Assembly (NCBI GenBank): GCA_973851085.1
Contig: OZ316775.1
Coordinates: forward strand, 8,060,001-8,124,000
Direction of reading: 5' to 3'
Length of the DNA stretch: 64,000 nt
From: Ptychomitrium polyphyllum
Taxonomy: Eukaryota
Below are positions 13,065-26,222 of the stretch, in pieces. The notes beneath the pieces are model-generated. The model saw only the letters and a program-made list of their open reading frames with translations, did no database searches and had not been told where the DNA came from. The translations under genes were made by a program, and so were the position numbers. The number at the start of each line of letters is the position of its first letter. Positions within the stretch are counted from its first letter, which is position 1.

Positions 13065-14953
13065 ATGACGATGGCGAACGAGGCCCTGGACATGAACCAG
13101 ATGCACGTCTTTTTTCACGAGGATATGTTGAAGCTGCACGACAACGGCCATGGCGTGTTCGACACTCTGCAAGATCCGGGGTTTTTTGACGTGCTTGAAC
13201 CCCACCCGGAGAACGCAGAACGCATCAGGAACATCCGATCCATTCTGCAGCGAGGACCGATTGCCCCTTTCATTACGTGGCACGAAGGGCGTCCAGCCGC
13301 GATTGAAAGCCTGACCAGCTTTCACACCCCAGGTCACAAACCCTGCAACCATGACAAACGTTGTATTCTTTTGGTAAAGTTGCCCTCGAGATGCACTGAT
13401 TTCCAGATACGTCGAGAAGATGGTGCCGAAGATCTCTTCTGGCCATGATCTCCTGCATGTCAAGGATACAGGGTTTTGTGAGGGAACATTACAGAGCTCA
13501 ATCCACTCAGAACCCTAACTTTCTGCAAGTCCTCGAAATGTTCTGCTGAAATGCCAAAGCGTGTCGACCTCATTACCACATTAACGCTCACTAGTATTAT
13601 TTTACCAAGTTGGCAATAGTGCGTTATCTTGTTGTCTATTTTAGAGTAGAAAATGATATTTTCCATGCTCACTTGCGCTGGCAGAGTTTGTCGTGGAAGA
13701 TGTGCTGTGGTAACGAATTTAAAAGTATGAAGCATGGACAGACGTTCACAGATTATTGCTTACGAGGATCAGTGTTTGGTGACAAATATGTCTTGGATAT
13801 GCAGAGTATGTGCAGGAGTTGATTGATGCCAACGCTGCCGGGGGGAAGGTTCTGTGTTCGGGCACACGACTTAATCCTGGCTCGTGGGAGGCAGCTCTCT
13901 TGGCCGCAGGCTCAACACAAGCAGCAATGCAGTACCTCCTTGATGGCCATGGCCAGCTTGCATACGCGTTAGTGCGACCTCCCGGTCACCATGCCCAGCC
14001 CACAATGGCGGATGGCTACTGTTTCCTTAACAACGCCGGACTGGCAGTGCAGCTCGCAGTAGATAAGGTCAGCAACTTTTACCTTCACTAAACTACACCT
14101 TCATGCACTAAGAATGTTCTTTTGAATTGGAAGTAACGGATGGTGTTTCTGTTGTTGATCAAACAGGGATGCAAGCGAGTGGCAGTGATTGACATAGATG
14201 TTCACTACGGGAACGGCACTGCGGAGGGGTTTTACTCGAGAGACGACGTGTACACCATCTCTCTCCACATGAACCATGGCTCCTGGGGCCCTTCGCATCC
14301 GCAGACGGGAATGACAGACGAAGCGGGTGAAGGCGTCGGCAAGGGCTTCAACTTGAACATACCATTGCCCTGTGGGACTGGAGACGATGGTTATGAGCAT
14401 GCTATGGAAGAGTTGGTTGTTCCAGCCCTGTTAGAATTCAAGCCAGAGATGATCGTCTTGACTTTTGGTCAAGACTCCAGTCAGGTTAGTGAGGCCCATC
14501 CTTGCAGCTGCTCTTGAACTCTGGATGTATCGACCAATTTCTCCACGGAAGAAGACTGCTCTATGACTTATCATGTGATTGCTCAACAAATAAAAAGGTC
14601 TTGAGCTTCCTTAAAGACTAAAGAATTAGAGCTCTAAGTCGGTACCTCCTTTGATGCAGTTTGATCCGAACGGGAGGATGTGCTTGACAATGGACGGCTA
14701 TCGGCGAATCGGACAGATTATTCGAGAGCTTGCCGATGCATTTTCAGGTGGTCGTGTGCTTGTTGTCCAGGAAGGAGGATATCATATAACATACTCTGCG
14801 TATTGCGCCCATGCAATGCTAGAAGGCGTCCTCGATCAGCTTCCGGCTCTGCTTTCCGATCCCATGGGGTACTACCCTCAGGACCAGTCAGATTCCACAG
14901 CAAGGGTTGCAGAGATACGTAGGAAGTTGATAGGCTTGAGAGAAGCGATTTAG
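13065..14953 (+). CDS. HDA8: Histone deacetylase, RPD3/HDA1 class II, HDA8-like (380 aa)
   Basis: Exons 13065-13332, 13805-14067, 14167-14484 and 14660-14953, all GT..AG, total 1143 nt. Motifs HPENAERI, RPPGHHA, GYCFLNN, DIDVHYGNGT, DPNGR and QEGGY are present. Confidence 0.93.
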
Positions 14954-15563
14954 TCTCGTCTCGTGATACGGTACACTCGTGACTCGACCGAACATATTTT
15001 AACTCCTGTATTGTTTTAAGATCAAATGAACTCGAAGGACATATTATTCACCTGATAAGGATAAAAGAGAAGTCATTCTTACAAGGAGCGGTCTCCATGT
15101 TTATACAGTATGAATGGCGGGAGAAGGGTATGTAACGTCAGTTTCAGAGCTATTCACAACCTGCTATCGTAACATGTCGTGTATTATTTCGTTCTTAGAG
15201 TTGGGACATGCAGTGAACTTTAGCCCGCGGGTAGTAAAATGATACTCTGTATCTGGAAGCATTTCATGCTAATGATGTCCTAGAAAGCAAAAGGGAGAAT
15301 CAACGGAAATTACACGTGCATATTGTCGGTATGGGTAATGCACCATGTCGAAAAAAGAATAGCGATTATGTATTTCAAAGATGAACTGATAATATCAACC
15401 CAGTTGGGATGATGATCCTGAGTTCTAAATTCCTCTGTATTGTACAACTGCTTGAAGCAAATCCCTGCTAATCTGCTCCCCGGACATGACTCTTCGTCAA
15501 TGTACATGGCCTACTTAGTTAATGGACATGAAATCCAGGGCACTAATTTTCACGCAGCTGTAT

Positions 15564-18124
15564 TTAATGGGTTGAATGTGTCATCAAAAGAATCGCTAGA
15601 CATAAACCCAATGTAGTGGTTGATAAATATAACGCCCCCGCCGACGATGGGATGGCTGGAGACACTGCAGTTGGTGGACTTGGTGGAGGGGGTGTTCTCG
15701 GTGTTGCGACAGGTGCGTTAACCACACTACAAATTCCTGGACCAGTGCTACCCTGCACACAAGAATGGACTTTCTAAAACAGGCAAGTAAAGAGGAGACA
15801 TATTGTTCAGCCCAAAATCATTCGTAAGAACAGCTGTATATGTAATGGAAGTTGGCACATAAGCACATCACAATATGGGAGAAGGGGAAATACTTCGAAA
15901 ACAAGCAAGTTTCGTGAAAACTTGCCTCACAGGCTCGGATGTCCTCGCAACCACAATGTAGCTGTCCGTTTAAAGTGTCCACCGCCTTAAAAACTCCTTC
16001 GCTTGTACTTCTCTGCATAAAATATTATGAAAACAAAGATTTCTTAGGTGACAGTAGTTCTACTGTGCTACAATATGAGATTCAGTTTCAAACCCACTAT
16101 GCAGAATGTACCAACGGTTGTAAATCACTCAACGTTGACAACTGCATTCTTCACGCCGCTAATTTAGCTGCATATGGGCACCTACTTGGTAAAAGTCAAC
16201 AGCCAGGAAGTTAGCCCAACGATCTCCAGATGCTGATCGGCATACATTGAGGGCCTTGCTAAGATTGTCGGAATTATCCAAACATGCCGTGGTCCTGTTT
16301 GGGTTTCTGGGAAAATAGTTCTGTAGGAATAGGGACTTGGTTTTATCTGTCAAGGGAGCAGATTCTCCTCGGCGATCACATGTCTGAGCCAAAGTTCCAT
16401 CTGCCAAGACAGTCAAACTTCTTGGTTAGAAGACTCATGTGAAAATAATTACTAGGCTGTCGCCATTATCTCCAAAGTTGTATGCGGCACGTCTTGTTTC
16501 TACCATAAGCTTGTGGATACGGAATTGCACCCTGTCAGTCGTAGAGGTTGTAATTTTGGACTTTCTTTCACATAACCAAGAACCAGCAAAGTCAAACCAC
16601 AGAGGAGAAATTTGTCCACTTACACTGATTTTCCAGCACATAAGTCCACTGGTAAGCAATGCCCTCACTGGTTTCCTTAGTCTTATTTGAAGTGAATACC
16701 AATAGTCTCTCATTGCTCGCGATCATTGCCGAAACAACCGGCCAGTCACTTCCGTTTGTTGGCATTTTGGCCAACGGAAACATGTACTTACTTAGCCCTG
16801 CAGTTGTAATGGCGGTGATGAGAGCATTCGTAGTGTTAACATAATCCTCAAAGAATATGGTAATCACTTCAGTCGGATTTGTTGTCAGGAACCTCTCAAT
16901 TTCGATTAATGTATCATTAAGTGGCCTCTGGTCCAATACAAGGAGCACAATGATCTCAGTAACCAGAAAATTCGACAGTGCAGCTTGTGCATGGCAGCTT
17001 CCCTTCCTCAATTATCATTAAGACGGAATTGCGAACACATATTGAGAGCGTTTACTAAAGATTTACACATGGAACAGCACTAGAAATTGTAAGATAGGAA
17101 TCAATGAACATTTTTCTTCGATGCAAACACTTCCTCCAACTGTTAGGGGTTCAGATTCTAGTCAAATTTCATAGTTGAGATATATTGGACGATTATCTCA
17201 GTGCTTACAAACGCAGTAAAGTCGTAGCATTGACGATATATTGAATGGCAAAGCCATATGTCCCCGTCCAGCTCGTAAATATCAAGCATGAGGCCTCGCA
17301 CTCCTTTCTGCGCAGACCTCAAGCAATCACCAGTTCCGTCAAATGTCCTCAACATTAACCCAAGTCATCCATTGGAAAGCATACACGGAGTTATGATAGG
17401 TTAACCATCTATTTGATCTAATTTAATCTTCCATACTTATGACCTAAAGGCTAAGATCTACTGAAGTTTGTTGATTGCCATAGCAATTAGTCTTGAAGAT
17501 CCCCTGAAGAAGATGCACACAAGTAATACCATTTATAGACAGTGGCATTACAAGGAAAACCCCACCAAATTGTACACGTTGACAGTACACATATTGCTTT
17601 GAAGTTAAATTGATATGCAACATATGGACTTTCTAGTGTTGTTTTAGTGTTGTAAAGAATAAAGACACAGGTATATGGACAGTACATTGAGCTGGCTGGT
17701 GACACTGTCTTCTTGATTCTTTTGGGAGACGATTGTCACTCCTAATATTGAAGTTTCACCTACAATGGCATATGCATTGTGCGTAGTGACCCACGCATAC
17801 TTGTTGAAAGGCAGGGAGAAATTCTGAAATCGAGAGCAACACAGTCTGTAAGAACCAAACAGTACAAGATCTCGCAAACACTCCTGCAAGCCTCGAGTTC
17901 TGAAATAAGATTTTAGTTAGCACTGGGACAGCAAAAATAAGTACACATCTGCTTCAGCAAGGGATTAAGATACTTCTGCGATAGGGCTCATGCTAGTTGC
18001 AAACCTTTGAGAAAGTGGAAACCGGTGTGGCTGAATCAATGGCGCAAACAGGAGGAGCTCCATCACACGAAAAGCAGTATAGACCTTGTCCACAATCACC
18101 ATCTGTTGTACAAGGAGTTGAGGC
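15564..18124 (-). CDS. PI-PLC X-domain (PLC-like phosphodiesterase) protein with Pro-rich linker and GPI-anchor-like C-terminus; 5' exon(s) unresolved
   Basis: Exons 18124-18005, 17823-17686, 17307-17209, 16927-16624, 16400-16186, 16012-15926 and 15752-15564 total 1152 nt in frame. Motifs LPFNKYAWVTTHNAYA, GVRGLMLDIY, WLCHS, EVITIFFEDYV and WANFLAVDFY; hydrophobic tail. A possible 23-nt upstream exon lies at 18247-18225. Confidence 0.88.
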
Positions 18125-21100
18125 CTACGAAACAGATTCAGAAGATCCTTACTTAGGTCTGTTGTCTAAAATTCTGTATGAAATTGTTAATTACTACCTG
18201 TACTGTTAGTTGCACACTTCTTACCTCTTCGAGGCATCTCTCATCGACTAGAAATGAAGCACAAAGATTTCAATTAACAATGAGGAAACCTAGTTCTAAT
18301 TCTTAGACTGGCGTGCATACAGCGCAGCTGAGGACTATGTGATGTAACATAATTTTGACGATTCTGAATTTAAAAACCTACAACCGAGTCGAACGTGAAC
18401 AACTCCTACCTCTTTGATAACGAAAAGGACTACTGTGAGATCGTCAAGTTATCATCTGTCATTCTCGCTTGACATGAGTGATAGAAGGCACTTCTAGCTG
18501 TGATCTGTGCGAAGTATCCTCTATTCCTCTAAACTTGCGTGATGAAAGTTTACACGAACTTTTCGAGGCAAAGTCTTGAAAAAGGCCTCTAGCATGGCTA
18601 TATAAAATTACGTAGATACGATTCCGCACACGAGTAATACAGAGAGCAGTCATGGCTCTAACGGATCTAGAGCAAGAAAAATCAGGACACGACTACTCTT
18701 CCTCAAGATGTCTAGGCTGGAACTGAAGACAAGTAGAACTACTACTCAAGCTTGGCCAAAACTATTTGCTGCAATGACCTTGGAGCCTGCTTGTTAAGAC
18801 AAACCAGATACATGACGGATAATGGCTAATTCACTGAAAAAAGCAGACCACGCACCAAGATGGCGTCTAAATCTTCCAGACACCATTATCTAAATTTCAC
18901 GACACCTCGGAGTGCTACTCGAGTCCTAAATCGCGCAGATGACGTTGTGAAGTATATTTTTTGCTGGTTTTCAGCTCACCACTCCAAGAGCTTGCACGTT
19001 TCCACATCCCAAGCACACCCCTGCGACTACGACCGCCAAAAGCAACAAACCTTCCCTCGACATCATAGTGCCTCTTCTAGATCCTCATGCGCGAGCTCCG
19101 TCACCTGCAATAAACAATGAAACTGCTAATAAACAAAAAAGATTCATTAGCAACATTCTTTCACTACGTAGATACTCACTGATAACTATGCAACACAAGC
19201 CTGATGAAAAGAGCAAAAACATCCTCCATTCGACAAGCGTCTTAGGTTGCTCTATACCTGTCACTGCTAGAGGCTCTCCCGCTCCTTTCTTCCTCCTTCC
19301 TACTATCCCTCAAGCCTGCCGCAGTCATCAATCGAAGCGCAAACCGAAGGCGACCAAAGGCTCACTTTGTGCCTGCTCGAAACATGCGTACGGCATCAGC
19401 CAACGTCTCCTTCGACATGAACAGAGGCTGACCAGCAAACGCCTTCTCTACAACACCTTTCCTAACCTCCACCGGAAGGCTGACGACAAGACCACAATGG
19501 CTTCCATCGCTCGCAACTAACATGCACGGCTTTGGACGACCTCGATTGCACACTTTCTTCCTCAGGCAGCCGGCTCTCAGCGCGTACATCACTATCCTTT
19601 CCTCTGCAATTACTCTGCAATCGTACGTCACCAAACACTGAATTCTCTTAACTACTCCGTACTTACACGAATGGCGCCGCAACCTAAACTTAATGACAAT
19701 CAACCACTGCATCCCATTCTAGTCTCTCACCAAATTCCTCGAGGCCTCCTAAACTCTCACTTACTTACGACTTCTAAACTTTTGAAGCCATTCATCAAGT
19801 CCCAACAACTGACCTCAGCGTCCCGTACAATGTTAATTATCTTAACCCAGGAAGGTTCCATCGTCGCCCTTCCTTAATGATCATCCTCCACTTCATCACA
19901 CTCACAGACTCTCATCAAGCGCTTATTAACTTAGGACTTCTGAGCAGTTTTCTGATCTTTCTCAGCCATTATCAACTGCGTGACGACAGGTATTAGCTAA
20001 GATTTATTGTTGATTAACTTGGGAAGGCTCCATTATCGCCCTTCCTTGAAGTTTCGAAGCTAGCTCAAGTTGTCACTTTCTACAACAACCTTTCAACTGT
20101 CAAGTCTTGGGTCTCCAGGGCTTGCTTTTCGATCTCTGACCACCACACTGACTCTCTGACATCAGCCATAGCCAATATTAGTCTAAGCAAAAAGGAAAAG
20201 GGAAAACCCTCTCTAGATGGTAGTGCAGGCCATTTCTTCAACATCTTCCTGAAACAGTGATAACTTGCATACATCGTAAAGTCGCTGATCCCTTTCTTCA
20301 ACCGCTCATTCTTAAATGTCGATTGCATACTTGATCTAGTCTCAGGCGACGACTACTGTAGCAGCTTCGCCCGGCAGCGCCTGCTTCCAGAAGCTGCCTG
20401 CTGCACTTACATATACCTGCCTGCGCCGCAGATGCTTCCAGGTCTCTGCTCAGTAATTTTGAGTCTAGTTTTAGGAGGATTCTGCAATCATCCGGGTAAC
20501 TTGAAAACTAGGCAGGCTGATTACTAACAAATTCTGCAACAAAGTTCTCCTTGTGCTTGAGATGCACGAAAGGAAATCCATGCAAGTGCAAAGATTCTGC
20601 GTCGTCAATCATGACCGCATAACTCCGACCGGGGCCACCATCACGCGTCATAGAGTTTTAAACCAATAATGTCTACCAGCGTCGTATTTGAATACCAAAA
20701 TTTATACTGAGAGTAGGTGGTGGGACTCAAACGTTGAGATTGTATCTCTTATGTGTATGCTTCCCTTGCACTCCCGCCACGCAGATCTACGTTTTCATTC
20801 GTCGTGTTTTATTGTCGACCTTACAGTACACAATTGTACTGTAGTTCTGCCACATGTTATACTTGTTGTGGTGCAACATTTGAAGTACATGGAGTGCTAG
20901 GCTATCTTATTTATATAATCTTCTCTGTGTGAGAAAATCGTCTTTGATGATACGATGGTGGGCATTATTTTACTTAATTACTTTTGTGCACAACAAAGTT
21001 TTATTTCATTGCAAGAGTATAATACAACAACGGTAGGCATAGGGTGAGAATATGGTACACATGATTTATATTTGTTGTACAGTACATGCAAGTTAATTAT

Positions 21101-24100
21101 GTCAGCTTGAGTTTGCTTCCAACAGCTTGTGAATGGAGGAGAGGAGAGGAGCGATTTCCCTTTCATTCTCTCCTTGCTCGTACTCGTCTTGGTTTCGTAT
21201 CTTCCTGTGGTTCTTGTCGTGGTGCTTGTAGGAGCGCTTGGTGCTCTTCACCTTTCTTGTTGCTTCCTTTTGTGTTGATATTACTTGTGTAGTGATTCTT
21301 GTGCTCTTGGATTGTTTATGCTTGATCTGGTTCGTGTGCTGGTGCTCATGATGCTTGGTTATTTTTGGTGGTGTTTGGTTTTCTCATGATGGCAGGGCTG
21401 TCGTGATGCATCCTGGGGTATCCTTGTGGTGATGTCTTCTGCTAAGGTTTTCCTTAGATCGAACAAAATCTGTCCTGCACTTTCCAATGTGTACAATACA
21501 CCAACTCATTGACATAAAAGTTTAAAACACAGTGTGTGTGTATCTTCAAAGTGTGCCTTTTCGCAGAAATGTATGTCTTGAGGACTCCGTCTGCAGGACA
21601 ATGAGGCTTTTACAAAAATAGTATAAAACGCTTTTGCAGAACAATGGGAATTTTGTGTCTATGTTGTGTGTCCTCTTATTGCTGATCCATGGCCTTAACG
21701 TGAAGCCATCACTCTCAAGTTCTTAAAAGGCCAGTTCGATTTTGTACAGAACACATCGATCTTGTGCAAAACAGTTTGTTTACAAAATTTCTTTTGGATC
21801 GTGCGCATTGTCTCAAAAGACTTGCGTTCTGTGCAAAAGGAGGGACTTTTGAGATTCATCACTCAAACTAAAACAGCAATACTTCATGTCACAACACGAC
21901 ACAAACTATGAATCAACAACAGCGCGCATGAGCACAGGCACAGACGAGATAGCCTACATGATCACCACCATGCGAGAAGGAAGTAGAGACCGGACCTTTG
22001 CAAGCCACTGGCAGGGCCGGAATAGTGTCACTCCTGTCAAGGTATACTATATGAACATTTGTGTTTACATGCAGGTCTATCATAAACCATATTAATACAT
22101 AGTATGTATTGTATGATGGTACAGCTATTACCTCATACCGTATCAGCTTATATACCAGTTATGTGGCTCGTCCAGAATCTTATGAACTGCATGGATTTTA
22201 CCTGTAAGAGGAAATAAGATATGGTAGACTGTACTGCCTTGAATCTTCTGCGCTTAATAAGGAGTTTAGTGCGACCCATGACAGTCTTGTGCATGTATGT
22301 TCATTCATGTGAAGATATAGGAAATACTGTGACCAACTCATACCTGTGTTCAAGGTACATGCGTATGATACTAACATGATTAAGTAGTATGTTAGTTTCT
22401 TTTCTAGTAGAAAGCTTCAAAGTTGGAAGCCGAGACCAACTCCTCAATATTTTTTCCCTATGCACAGAATTTTGGCCCAGCCAGCCGATTGGCGGCCACC
22501 ACAACCAATCTGTTGCCCAAGACATCAAAGACTCCATGCAAGATCAATAATTTGATTCACTGTAGTAAAGTCTTAGGCTGTATTATATGGTTGTAATATA
22601 GCACGTTGGCAATTTCTCAATTTTGCAATTTGGTATACCACTTACTGTATGGTTTGGACAAAGTTAGCTGCTGATGCTTACTTATACCAAAGGCCTGATT
22701 CGATAGAGTGGACAAACCCTTGCAAACTTTCCAAGTAAAATTTCAATGACTCATAACTGACTCGATGAAGGACATCTTCCCCAACAAAACGTATTCTTAG
22801 CCTGGAACGATATGAACGATATTCTTAAAGGCACTTTATGCCCCAGAAAAATCAGTTTAATAATAATAGAATTTGACAGTTATAGAACAATTACTAAATT
22901 AATGAACACCAGCAAATACAAGGATGCTCAGAGTGAACAAAAACTTCATTCACTGCATAAAGCGCAAAAGCAAATATGAGCATAGACACGAATGTCTTTA
23001 ACTTTTTTCCATGGGATTAAAGACTTTATGTGAAGAGTCCATAAAATCAGCACTTCACACATCAGGCATGCCTCCCACATCAACTCTCAAAATCATCTAA
23101 ACTGTAAATATTGAATGTGACATGTGAACAGGGTTTCACTGCTCATTGTTCAACAATGATCAATGTTGCACTTTGCATTCCTCCTCAACAAGAAGAAAAA
23201 CTAGACAACACTAGACTAGAAGTGAGGACTTCTTGACTATTGATTCATTGCTGCTGAGTCTCTGTACTGATGACTCCCCTTGTAAGATACTGGACTCATG
23301 TTTGCAAGTTTCAGAATTTTAACATATATGGTTGATTACTTCAAAAACAATATTTTTTTGGCATAATTACTATCACAGAGCTGACAAAGGAATCTTTAAA
23401 AGGAATAGTAAAGGAATTAACTGGTAAATTATAAAAGCAATATAAATGGATTGTTTTGTTACTTTAGAAATTCACTTTCCAAAATACTTGGATTCAAAAT
23501 CTAGATTTAATACTTAAGGTTTAAAAGTCTCTATGAATTTCAAACTTTTTTTTATAAATTGTAAATTTATTTTAGTATGGAATAATTTGGTGGTGATCAA
23601 TAAATGAAGTTGAAGGTTTTGAATGTTAAATCTTTTTTATTCACTTAAATCCATTATTGCTATTATTAACATACATGAAATCTTTATATGAACATAAAAA
23701 AATCTCAACATTTCATTGATTCCAAATACCAACATCTTAATAAAAAGTTTATTAAACTAAATTTGAAATGACATAATCTAAATGTGGTGACTTTTTGAAT
23801 TCATTTAATGCTTTAATCTTTGATCTCATTTTTATAAGGTCATTTTTTAATTACAGACAATGCAAATTTGGCTTGGTCGAAATTTTGCATACTTCTATAT
23901 TTGTGGTTTTATTAAAGTATATGTTCTAAAACATTAAATCCAAATACAAGATAGAATACTAACTTAATAAATTATCTCCAAATCATATTTTGTAATGATA
24001 AGACTTGTAAGAGGAAGAATTTGCTAAAACAAAACAAGAATCAAAATCTTACAACAAATGATTGATTCATAGAAAAAAAATTCAAAATTTCAAAAAAAAA

Positions 24101-26222
24101 ATAAAAAAGAAACTTTTTGATTTTGCAACACTATAGCCTTTTTATACCAACATTAAGTTTTTTTTTTATATTGTCATACATAAGGACCTTTCCAACTTGT
24201 TGAATATAAATACTGAATATAAATTCTTACATATTTGAAACCAAATCTAGTTCTTTAATAATTCCTTTAAATGCTTTTTTTAACAAAATAATTTTATCAT
24301 CAAAAAATACAATTACATTGTTCCAACCATTATATATAGAATGTTGAAGTAAAAACAGTAGTGAGTATCAAAGGCAATTATATCATGATAAATTATGTTA
24401 ATGAAAGCAATATTTACAATTAAATTAAAAATATTAAAATAATATTAGATATATTTGTTTGGTGGTATGAATTCAATATTATACCTACATTTTTAGAATT
24501 GATAACATCAAAGATAATAATAATGTTGATTCAAATCTCTAGGCATTCACTGCCACATCTTTTCACTATTATTTATTTATACACTTCTTTCCAAAATAAA
24601 GATGCAAGTATTTTCAATCATTGAAGAAGCACAAAACACTTCACATACTTACATACAAACTATATCATATTATAGATCAAAATTCCAAATTAATACTTCA
24701 CAATATGTGATTTAAGATAATCCTACAAGTATATTACTCACTACTAAAATAGCATTCATAACATACATTAAATTGCATAGTTTTTCAACTTAAAACAATT
24801 TTAGTTTTTCATATGAATAATATAGTTGCTTATTCAAAAGGATATCTAATTTTTGGCAACTATCAGCAACTTTTCAAATAAGAAAACCACATGATATTAT
24901 AACACGACTTACATTTCACTTATCTTTCACTTCACAAATGCAATATACCCGTCTCCTAAGAAATATCCAATTGCATATAATTCCTGAAACATATAATTCT
25001 TGAAAAATACATAAATTCCTAAACACATAACTACTACAAAAAAAACACATAACTCCTAAAAACAAACCTATTACGTACTTACGGTTTACCTCTTTCGAAC
25101 AAAATTCCAAAATAGGAATGCCACTACTCTCTAATTTGGCCTACACCAATTAGAGCCAGTCCGGGCCCTCCAGCACTCAATTTGAAACAGAAAACAACGA
25201 GAAACAACAGGCAATTGTTTCGTTTGCCATGCACCAGAGAGCGACTACTGAGCCTACACATTGGTCGCTCATTCGCCACAACAAGTTATTTAGGGCCGTC
25301 GTTCCTCTACAACCGAGCATACATTTTGCGAACTCGAAATCCTTAGGTCAGGAACGAAAAGAATCCATATAAATGTAAGTAACAAAATAGTATTTAAAAT
25401 GAGTATTCGTAATTAGTGTCTAACACCACAATACCCGAAGCCCATTTCACGATACCAGACATACAACTCCTTTCCAGTAAGAAAATATTCTTTACGCACA
25501 TAAACAGGCTCCACAATGATCATGACTCAACTTTGTCATGCCCATCAATTTTCAGAAAACCAATAATATAACATTGATACACATTGACAGCTAATCATTG
25601 AACCGAGCACTTGAAAGCACCTCAATCCGGCTCAGCTGCGACAAATCATTTCTTCACTAACAAAGGACCTGGGACAAAGTAAGTCACTGTACTTCCGAGA
25701 CGATCCATCAAACCTACAAAATCCACGGACTAGAATCAACAAACGGAAAATTTACCGCTACTGCGCGCGGCTCTCAACTCCGAGACTAGTGATGGACCAC
25801 TTCATTTAAAAAGTCCTCGCCCGGCGATCGTGGTACAGGCTCCAAACTAAAGCAAATCAAACTCCTAAATTTAAAATCATAGACACATACAAAAAAAAAA
25901 ATCGACAGAACTGGCACTTCAAAAACAAGCTGAAACTAACTATTCATATCAACTCCATCAATCCCAATCCACCATCAATCACTTCTCCGCAACAACACAA
26001 CCGACCCATCCAAAATAAATCAGTAACCCGAACAAAGGCTCGATGCAACACAAAATCCTCGATCTACGCTACCTAGACACAAACTCCAAACCTATACAAA
26101 AACAAAGACCAGCACAAGCAACAAACCCCATTCTACTCCATCTAGCAAAGCGCTTCCGCACACCAAAACGAAAACAAGAACAAACAAATACTTTTAAGCA
26201 CAGCAAAACCCAAACAACAAAT

